The notes under the pieces were generated by a model. That model was given only the letters and a program-made list of their open reading frames with translations. It did not search any database and was not told the DNA's origin. This document shows positions 1 to 8,556 of a DNA stretch of 9,374 nt, one piece after another (position 1 is the first letter of the stretch; each line of letters starts with the position of its first letter). The DNA comes from Paraspadella gotoi (lineage: Eukaryota; Animalia; Chaetognatha), in the NCBI GenBank assembly GCA_051294375.1, contig JBJCIZ010001325.1, positions 1 to 9,374 of the forward strand, given 5' to 3'. Made by a program: the position numbers and the translations under genes.

Positions 1-327
1 ACGGAGAAGGCTCGTTGGTATTATTGTAAAACATTAATTATTATTATTATTTAAAATAAAAATTATTATCCATAAATTCAATGATAGTGGCGCTCACTCG
101 AGGATATAAGCCCGAGCTAAACTAAAAAACACGCTACAATCACAAATTCGTGCAATGTAATGAAACAAAAAAAAAATTGACAAAACTGAAAGAACCTTCA
201 ATTATTTTTTTCTTTTCATAAATCAAATTACTCGGGCCCGAACCTCCAAGACTGAGACGTTCTCGGGTAATTCGAAGGGCCTTCGCCAATTAACACTATT
301 TATTACTTTTCTATATCCGGCGTTCCT

Positions 328-372
328 GTCGGTCGGTCGGTCGGTCCTATCCGGTATGTCTGTCGTCAGTCT
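328..372. repeat. (GTCG)n tetranucleotide microsatellite with degenerate GTCT/GTCA tail
   Basis: gtcggtcggtcggtcggtc at 328-346 followed by gtatgtctgtcgtcagtct. Confidence 0.75.
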
Positions 373-1235
373 GTTGAGACAGAACTTTACATTAAAAAAT
401 CCAGGGAAGAAAAAACACCTAAAAACTTTAAAGAAAAATAAAAAGAACAAGATTCCCCGAATGGTAACCGTTGTTTATAAAATACCACGTGCGTGGGAAA
501 GAATAGTCGGCTGTAAGCGCAGAGACACATATTAGAAAAACACTCTTACCCTTGTTCTTATTTACCTTAATATCATTACGAGTTTTTTGATCGTTTTCAC
601 GCTCATGCAGCTCCGCATTTTTCTCATCTGAATTCCGCTTCATAATTCAATGTTTCTTTCACGCCTTTTCGTTAACTCCCAGGACCTCTGCCTCAACCAA
701 GGCCCGTCTTCGACTAATAACACCAATAATCTATCCATTTATCTAAGTTTCACATCAGCAACAACCCACCACTTCACAGTTTCACACAACTCTTGATCTC
801 CACCAAGTTGGTGGTCCATGCTCTGCCTATTAAATTTAAAGAGTCTTCACCCAACGTGCTTCCAAACCCAAAAGGTTCATCCTCTCACTCCAATCTCACT
901 CTCCACTCCACTCTCTCTCCATCTGCATCCCCCATCTAATTCGGAAACCGCACTTCTTAGCGAATTTTTTCGTTTTTTCTCTAAGAAAAAAAAAAAATCC
1001 CACATCGGGGCATTCGCGAAATTCTTTCACCCGGGATGTATAAATAAAAAAGTTCTGTTGCCCTATGGGATATCTGTAAATAGAAGAGAATAAATTCCTC
1101 TTTCACCCGCGATACTAATAGGAACAAATGGATGGTGAGGAGGATTCATAAGACGACTGACGAGACGACAGCGTCGGTAGTCACGAACAAGGAATGCTGA
1201 AAGAGAGGAGTCGCGAGTGCGTCCTGGTAATCTAA

Positions 1236-1355
1236 CTCTTTCTCTCTCTCTCTCTCTCTCTTCTCCTGGTCTTTCTCTCTCGATCGGCGCATCTCTCTCT
1301 CATACTCTCTCTCTCTCTCTTCTCTTCTCTGCTCGTGCTCGTCTCTCTCCTCTCC
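1236..1355. repeat. Imperfect (CT)n/(GA)n microsatellite
   Basis: Runs such as tctctctctctctctctctc interrupted by short spacers. Confidence 0.9.
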
Positions 1356-1939
1356 GGATCTTAAATTCACAGGCAATTCTTCGAATCTTTTCTCAAATTT
1401 AAAATATTTTTCAAAAATTTTTAAGAGGGTTCAAACAGGTCTCGCCAGGCCCTTTGTGATTAATTGTAAATAATGTTCAGCTAACTTTAACACCTTATTG
1501 TGATTTTAGAGACACCTATATTTTAACAAAAAAAGTTTTTACACAATCACAGATTCGTCGCGGTTACAGGGTCATTTTAAAATAAGTAATTATCGCATTT
1601 TATACGTAATAAAACTATTCCTACAATACAAATTACAAATCAGAATTTTTACATTAGTATTTCTATCGGGTTTTTTTAACATTTTTATTAGATATGTATT
1701 AAAAAAGATCCTTGGTTATTAATGTATCCCAAGGAGAGTAGGCAGGTTATAAGTTATCCCAATATATCCTTTATTTTTATTATAAATTTTGTTTATATAA
1801 ATTTATAATTTAACTTTAATATTTTTTAAAATTATTTTTTTTTTTTAAATTCCTCCCTTTTATAAAAAATCATATAATTCAAAAGAGTGTGTCTTCATAG
1901 CAAGAGACTTAAACCAGTAGTTCACTCTCAGTTATTGAT

Positions 1940-2018
1940 TTTATTTTTTTTTTTTATTTTCCCTAAAAGATAAAAATTTTTTTCGTTTTTTTTTTTTTTT
2001 TTTTTAATAATTTTTTTT
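1940..2018. repeat. Poly-T rich low-complexity tract
   Basis: Several T runs, the longest about 20 nt at ~1986-2005. Confidence 0.8.
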
Positions 2019-4482
2019 CAATATAAATTTTAATCAGGTAAATCGGTGCCTGGGGGGCGAAAAGCTTGGTGGGAGATACCATGGTTGCGTGAAAGGCACT
2101 CATACAAGAATATGGGAGGGCGTAAGGTTCGTACCAGATGAGACGGAGGCCCTTACCCGGATGGTAGATAATGCCGGAGTCCCAATTTGAATTCGTGGAG
2201 TGCAAACTTTGCGCAGTCGTTTTGCAAAACTTTTAACCTTTGAAGTAGTGAAATAAACAAAAATTGCCCAAAATGGCCCAAAAGATTATTTTTAAGGCGC
2301 CCTCGTCCTTGTACCCACTGTAAATAAATAATAATCGCGGAATGCTTCACTTTTAACCACGCTTGTATAACTCTTAACTAAATATTGAAAGCAAAGTACT
2401 CTCAGTTTATTACTTTGTAATGGCCCATATGATTACCTTTTGGGTTTGTGTTTAATATTTTTAATATTTTACCCGTTTTCTAATACTAACGCAGTTGGGA
2501 GGTCAAGTTAAATAAAAACTAAACTGCATCGTTTAAGGTCCCTGTTGAGACGTTAATTCTCTTTTGTTTGCTTGAGCTGCTGGAGGCCTTCCTACACACC
2601 TATCTGAGCCTCTTACCCAAGGGTCCCCAAGTCGCGTGACGAGATAAACCTTTAATCACATTTAAATGAATGAAAAATTTATTTCTGATAATTTCGTGTT
2701 CCATGTGATCCAAACTTCCAAAAAAAAAGGGCCCAATCGAGACTGAGGAGGTGATAGTTTATGGATGGAAAAATAATTTTAATTTGTTTTTGTTTTAATA
2801 TCCTTGGATAGATAATTAAAAAAAAAGAGCCAGAAGAGACTAAGGTGGAGTAATAGTCATTCAATAATAATATTGTTCACCGCAGGAGAGCAATTTATAA
2901 GATTGTACGCCCGCTCATTTAGAAACCAATTATAAACCGGGGAGAAAGAAGCATAGTGGGCTACGAAGTATGTGAATTAACCAATCCACACTACCCGCCA
3001 CGAGCAAAGCTTTCAATCTCTCGCAGGACACTATAACAAAAGAACGTGAGCTTGAAAGATCAATATTGATAATTTAAGGTCGTGGCTTCTTACGGACGGG
3101 GATCTCGGAAACTCTACGAATTCTGATGGCGCTGTGATCACACCGAAATCTAGAATCTTTTTCGAGGCGCGAGTTTTTCTTCAAAGAAACCAGGACAACG
3201 AGATCATTGCCACCCGGCCAAGTGTGGGGAACTAAGGGCGAGAAGGGTAACGGTGGGGTTGGAAAAATGGGCCTTGTTTTCACCAGAACGCCCCCGTTTT
3301 TATGTTTTTTAAATTTCGGAAATTAGTTTAAACTTTTTTTTTTATTAGTATAAAATAAATTAGTTTTAAGGTTTTTACAAGCGCAATTAGCGTTTAGGAG
3401 ATTTATATTAACGTTAAATTATATTAGAGAAGATTGAGGCGAAACTTTGGTTTGTTGACAATTTATTGGAATTTCAGGATTCCTGGATTAATATTAGGAT
3501 TACTATTTAAATATAGAAATAATAGATTTGTGAATGGAGTTTCGCGTCAGGGATTATGGAATAAAAGATTTGAGTTTATAAATTTTACCAGTCTTTTCCG
3601 GGAGCGTTTGGCTTCGATACTTTACCCCGCTTGCCCACTCAATATGAAAGAAAGTAGGCCCCGCTTCAGTGTTTATATTTTAAAAAGGATGTGCATTTAT
3701 AATGAGAGGAGTTTTATTTTAGCGTATAGATAAATTGGAGGAGGAAAAAATAAATAATTATTGAGGAGAGGGAATATTATTGACTTTTTTTTTAAATACG
3801 GATGGTTGCCTTACAAAATTATAAAAAAGTAAAATTAGTTCCTTTTTTGACATAACTTGCGGGGAAGTTTTGAATGTAAGATATTTCTTTGAGAAGTGTA
3901 ACGTTAGATAGATCTTCGTTCTTCATACTCCTTTTAGTAGTTCGTCTGCCTGGTCGATTCGCTGTTAAGAGGGCGGACCTCACTCTGATTGATTCTGATT
4001 GAGAGAAAAGAAAAGGCAAGTTTCACATAAAAGCCAAGATCACCACGAGTGTCCAAAGCGAGACACAGCCCGCTCAACACGAATCACAATCGGCTGGTTT
4101 CCTTGCAATGACACATATATTTTAAAACTTAATATAAAATTAAAATTAAATTTCTCGTCAGCCGGAGGCTGACCCCAAATAAAATCAATCAAAAACCATA
4201 AATGCGGCAATCTACGGGAAAAAGAGAGACAAAGGTCCCGACCCGATTGGGAAAAAAATATGATAGAGGTTCAAGGTTTTAATTAATAATTCCCTTATAT
4301 ATAATGATTAACGATAAGTAAGGGATTTCGGTGAAAAAAAAGGAAGGTTGCAACATCTTATAGAGAGGGTGGAGAGCCCAAAAATAACATATGAATGAGT
4401 CTCCCAAAATATATTTACGCCATTTGGGGCCCCCAGCCGAAGTTGCGAGAATTGCAACCCCAAGGAAAGCTACAAAAACCAA

Positions 4483-4586
4483 TCTTCTCTCTCCTCTCTC
4501 TCTCTTACATCCTCCCCTCTCTCTCTATCTCTCTACTCTGTTCTCTCTCTCTCTCTACTCACTCTCTCTCGCTCTCTCGTCTCTCG
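4483..4586. repeat. Imperfect (CT)n/(GA)n microsatellite ~120 bp upstream of the TATA box
   Basis: ~100 nt of nearly pure CT dinucleotides. Confidence 0.9.
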
Positions 4587-4708
4587 TATAAGGTAATAAT
4601 AAAAAACCCGCCTTTGTCGTTGTTGTTTTTATTCCTTTTTTTTTTTCCCTAAACGTTTTCCTCCCCCTCCACTTTTTCTCCCTGAGTGACTCGTGCCGGC
4701 ACATCGAG

Positions 4709-4750
4709 TATAAAAGGAGAGCAGCGAAGAGCCGGGTGCGGTCACATTCA
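4709..4750 (+). promoter_or_regulatory. Probable core promoter of the myosin gene (TATA box + initiator-like element)
   Basis: Consensus TATAAAAG at 4709-4716 in GC-rich surroundings; pyrimidine-A initiator-like TCACATTC at 4742-4749; strong splice donor ~120 nt downstream. Confidence 0.6.
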
Positions 4751-4865
4751 GCGCAAAGAAGTTAGAAGAAAAATCTATTCATCTTCCCGTCGGAGTCTTT
4801 AAGCTTCTGCACTTGGCCTGTACGTCCTCCCGCAAGTAACCGAAAACATCTTCCGTCCGGAAAAG
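4744..4865 (+). other. Putative non-coding first exon (5' UTR) of the myosin gene
   Basis: Follows the TATA/Inr, contains no ATG and ends at consensus donor AAG|GTGAGC (4865/4866). Non-coding first exons are usual for muscle Mhc genes. Confidence 0.5.
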
Positions 4866-5711
4866 GTGAGCGTAGAGCTCTCGACGATCGGAGGTGTGAT
4901 AAGGTTAATTAGGAGGGATTTCGCGCCAAGCGGAGGAGGGCGCGGACGAGATATTTTTCTCTTCCTCCGAAAAAGAATCGGGAGTTATAGGGAATGTTTA
5001 TGGCCGGAATTTTGTTACGTACGAATATAATGGCCGGGGCCGGGATTATTGCGAAGATAATGTTCGCGGGAGAAAATTGCCCAGGATGTTTGTGGTTTTG
5101 AAACGGCCGGAAATTTCGGAAACAGGACCGAAATGGCCCTCCGGGTGTTGGGATTTTTTAACTCCGGGCGTGCGTGCGGGGCGCAAGTAAAAAATTGCAG
5201 TTGGACCCAGGGTTAAAACGTGCTTGAATACGGTTTCCGGTCATAGTCGTCCGCACTCACTGAGAGTTAAGAAAGACGTCCGGATCTGTCCCCGAAGTAT
5301 CTCTCGTGTCCATTCGTCACCGTCTCTTTTCGACATTTCTTGAGAGCCTAAACTTTTTTTTTCCCGTCGTTTGATTGAATTTAAGTTTGATAGGTTATTT
5401 TTGTTGAGCAAGTTACAAGAATTTACACCAAGAATAAACAAAGGATCAAAACGAAATTACGAAAAATACTCGATACGTTAGTTTATTTGGTCTTTCTTTT
5501 TTTAATTATGATAATTATTTTTTTTAAAAAACATTTTCTGAACGATCACATCTGCTCCTCGGTTTTCTTGCGCGGACTAAGATTCAGCTCTTTCTATGTA
5601 TGTGTTTTACTTCATTAGGATATATACAAATATTTTATTTGGACTTAAAAAAAAAGATAACAAATTCAAAACAATCAAAATTTTATTTTCCGCAAAATTT
5701 TTATTTTTTCG

Positions 5712-6049
5712 TGGACATGGCTCAATGAGTACATCCTGTTTATCGATCTGCGAATCACCGCTCCCTTCCGGCTCCAACATGAGGCCAAAGAGCAGGAACG
5801 CACGTGATCCACCGAAGTCATCCCGATTGGATCTGGCTGCAAGACGCCGGAATTGATACGAGCTCCCTCCAAACGCCAGCAGCGAGCGCGCTCCCTTCTC
5901 GTACGCTCCAAGCGTCGAAAGGGACGGAGAGGGTGGAAAGAGGGGGCGGGGGGGACGCCGGAGGGAATTGATTGCGAGGGAGACGCCAATACCAGCTACG
6001 GCGGCCGGTTAACATGGTCGAGGTTGCCGGATACATCTTCGGAGGGCGG
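5712..6049 (+). CDS. Candidate first coding exon of the myosin gene (unrecognised N-terminal segment, frameshifted)
   Basis: GC-rich island between AT-rich blocks; preceded by a T-rich tract (ttattttttcg, A of the AG missing); ATG at 5717 in good context (gacATGg); ends at G|GTATGC (6049/6050). Lies between the putative non-coding exon 1 and the SH3 exon. No continuous frame and no recognised homology. Confidence 0.4.
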
Positions 6050-6584
6050 GTATGCAATGGGAAGGAATTTTAAATATCGAATCATGGTGTTACATTGTTT
6101 AAATTTTATTTCGAAATATTTGAAAATTTTACTAGATTATCCACTATGTTAAAACTCATCATCACGAGGATTTTTCTGATTAATTGTGCAACCTAATATT
6201 TATCATTTTTTAATTGATAACTTTTTTAAAAAAGATTTATATATTGTTGTTCGTCTAAAGTAGAAAAACAAATTTTATTTAACGATGCAAAATAAAAATG
6301 TAATATCATCTAAAAAACGCAACATGAAAAGTCGTAAGAACTATTTGTATTAAATTATTTTGAATGTTTCAAAAGTTTAAACAAACAAAACATCTGAGAT
6401 TTTACGATTTATTTAATCTTCTTTTATATTTCTTTCCTATTTTTTCTAAGTGTCTAAGAAATCTTACCATTATATTTATCCATATACTTGAGAATAGGGG
6501 TGGCTATGGGGTTTCTCTCTTCTGGAAAACAATGGAAGCAACTATACAAGGATGGCATAAATTAGTTTCTACCTTTTGATTGAC

Positions 6585-6845
6585 CCCCCCGCGCGAGAGA
6601 GACCTAACCACAACTCCCGCGCGCCCCCTTCCCCTCCCCATTTAGACACGCCGAGCCGCTGCCCTCCCCCCGCTGAGTTGGGTACGGATCCGGAGAGAGT
6701 CTAACATCAAAGGAAAGCCAATAAGCAGAGACCCAAGAAGATAAAATGCGAAGTGGAGTCGGCGAAGAACAACTGTGTTCGTCACTTGTGCCCAAGGCTC
6801 GGACTAGTTGTATGGTCGAGAGGAATCCGGCCCAAATTTTGAGAG
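6585..6845 (+). CDS. Mhc: Myosin II N-terminal SH3-like domain exon, frameshifted in this sequence
   Basis: GC-rich island; manual de-frameshifting gives PFD (6638-6647) ...WVRDPEESYIKGK.ISRD.EDKCEVESAKNNCVVTVPKA....ERNPPKFE(R), with aat ccg [g]ccc aaa ttt [t]gag ag|GTAATT at 6824-6851. Matches the myosin II pattern PFD..WVPD.EE.YIKG.I...GDKV.VE....VTV......NPPKFE. 5' boundary approximate. Confidence 0.72.
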
Positions 6846-7166
6846 GTAATTTTTTGGGATTGATTGGTATAGACTATGATTATGATTTATTTGATTGATA
6901 CGTTTGCAGTCAGAGGTAGTGATTCGAATAGATATTGATTGATTTTGATTTTTAGTGATCGAACAAACGTTTCACAGTTTTTTATTATTTGATAATTTTT
7001 TAAAAATCTCTCGATGTCATGCTGAATCTCGATACGTTAAAAGGTTTTAGATTTTTATATATTCTCAAATTATTTGTCAAAAATCAAAAGACATAAAATT
7101 GTAATCACTGATATATTCGAACTAGACAATCTCCAAAATAAGATGTAATATGTATCCCCCCCCCCC
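6846..7166 (+). other. Probable intron between NPPKFE(R) and EDM
   Basis: AG|GTAATT donor, AT-rich interior, and myosin homology stops and resumes exactly at these points; acceptor corrupted. Confidence 0.65.
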
Positions 7167-7461
7167 GGAAGAAGACATAGTTCGAAACATTGTTCTGTCC
7201 CCTACAACAAGCCTTGCGTTTCTCCACAATTCTCCGACATGAAAACGCGTTTTACGAAGCGCTCTCAGCAGATGCATTACCACCTACTCTGGTCCTCTTC
7301 TGCTATTGTTATCAAATCCTTACAAGTTGGTCTCATGGTGATTACACTCAGGTATTCAAATGAAGAGATACTACAGGAACAAGAAGAAGGAACGAGGGAC
7401 GCCCGGCCGCATTTTGTAACCCATCACGGCATGACGGATGCCTTGCAATTATCTGAGATGG
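7167..7461 (+). CDS. Mhc: Myosin II heavy chain exon, heavily frameshifted in this sequence (probable sequencing error; pseudo-exon not excluded)
   Basis: Removing extra bases by eye gives ~[62 protein letters not shown].M, e.g. acc tac tct ggt [c]ctc ttc tg[c]t att gtt atc [a]aat cct tac aag [t]tgg. Ends in G|GTGAGT (7461/7462); G+AG of the next exon makes a Glu codon. No acceptor AG is visible after the C run at 7156-7166, so the start is approximate. Confidence 0.85.
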
Positions 7462-7833
7462 GTGAGTCCAAAGGAACAATGAAATGGGAGTCCGAATAAA
7501 GCTTGCCTTCAGAAAAACTAATAATGAAAGACTATATTTTTTTTTTATAATTTATTGCTCAAGATAGTGTTACATTATGATAAAACTAGTGTTTTGGTTG
7601 GAGCAGCTTTTTTTTTTTTTTTTTGCCCTCCAACCTAAACTTATTAATTTTTTTAATACTTTGAGGTTAGACAATTTAGGGAACTACAATGCAATTTGTG
7701 TATTATCTACAAATGAAAATGTGGCAAAAAAAAGTGTGCACAAAAAAGATAAATATTTAAAAATATAATTAAATTTTATAAACGACTTTTTTAAAACCAT
7801 CCTTAATTTAAAACATTGTTATTCAATGGCCAG
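7462..7833 (+). other. GT-AG intron (372 nt, phase 1) just before the [11 protein letters not shown] segment
   Basis: GTGAGT donor and CAG acceptor; AT-rich; position equivalent to the vertebrate MLT D|RENQS intron. Confidence 0.85.
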
Positions 7834-8069
7834 AGCACAAGAACCAGTCCTCACTGATCACCGGCGAGTCAGGAGCGGGCAAGACTGAGAACACCAAGAA
7901 GGTGTTGCAGTACTACGCCCTCAACTGCGCCGACCCCAACGCCGCCAAGTCCAAGGCCGCCACCTCCGAGAACGCCGGGTCTCTTGAAGAGCAGATCATC
8001 CAGGCTAACCCTCCGTTGGAGGCTTACGGCAATGCCAAGACAGTCAGAAACAACAACTCTTCTCGATTC
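7834..8069 (+). CDS. Mhc: Myosin II heavy chain exon: P-loop, loop 1, switch I
   Basis: CAG acceptor at 7831-7833 and GTGAGT donor at 8070. Translates (E)[78 protein letters not shown]; P-loop GESGAGKT at 7863-7886. Joins in phase 0 to GKF at 8557. Confidence 0.96.
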
Positions 8070-8556
8070 GTGAGTTGTCATGACATGAAATGACATGAGT
8101 AGAATATTGAAGACGTGAATGACCGAAGATGACGCCACTTAAATAAACACCAGAATTTCTAATATTTTTTTAAATAATACGCAAATACAAAAACCACAAA
8201 AACATAAAATATGAAAACAAAAACAAAAACGTAATTATTAATAATTTTTTAGGTCTACCAGCAGTTAGGTCAACTCTCTATATAATTATGTGGCTCTTTT
8301 TCTGTTTCTCGCTTTTTTAGCTAAATTATTTTTAAAAATACTACTGCATTGTACTTAAGTTAAAAGGCAACAGATATACTTCTATTCAATTTTTGCGTAC
8401 TAACATGATTATCGGAAAAAAAAAGTATTCCTATTTAAAATTATAAATACAAAATATTAAAATGACATTAGATATGAGGCTCGTGAAAAAAAAACAAAAA
8501 ACCAATCGGCAAAACACCATCTAAAATACCTCTCTTTGTTTTTTTTTCTCCACTAG
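8070..8556 (+). other. GT-AG intron (487 nt, phase 0) at SSRF|GKF
   Basis: GTGAGT...tttttttctccacTAG; very AT-rich; removal restores NNNSSRFGKFIRI, a widely conserved myosin II intron position. Confidence 0.95.

Noticed and set aside
1019-1113. Direct repeat tctttcacccg (1023-1033, 1099-1109)
   Set aside because: Only two short copies; no array, terminal repeats or other element structure.
1146-1402. ER-rich and LS-rich ORFs (also 4391-4652)
   Set aside because: Translations of (CT)n/(GA)n microsatellites.
2071-2220. U1 snRNA-like words: gggagataccatg on + and ttgcactcc / gactgcg on -
   Set aside because: The pieces are on opposite strands and in the wrong order, with no ATACTTACCTG 5' end or properly placed Sm site; treated as coincidence. 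An Infernal/Rfam scan would settle it.
2268-4430. CArG/MEF2 muscle elements upstream of the promoter
   Set aside because: Only mismatched CArG-like words and one MEF2-like ttaaatatag (~3507) were noticed, as expected by chance in AT-rich, error-prone sequence.
5469-7039. Exact 12-mer ctcgatacgtta at 5469-5480 and 7028-7039
   Set aside because: A few 12-mer repeats are expected by chance in 9.4 kb; no extension of similarity.
7239-7499. 86-aa + strand ORF as a standalone gene
   Set aside because: It wanders across frames of the frameshifted myosin exon and reads through the donor at 7462.
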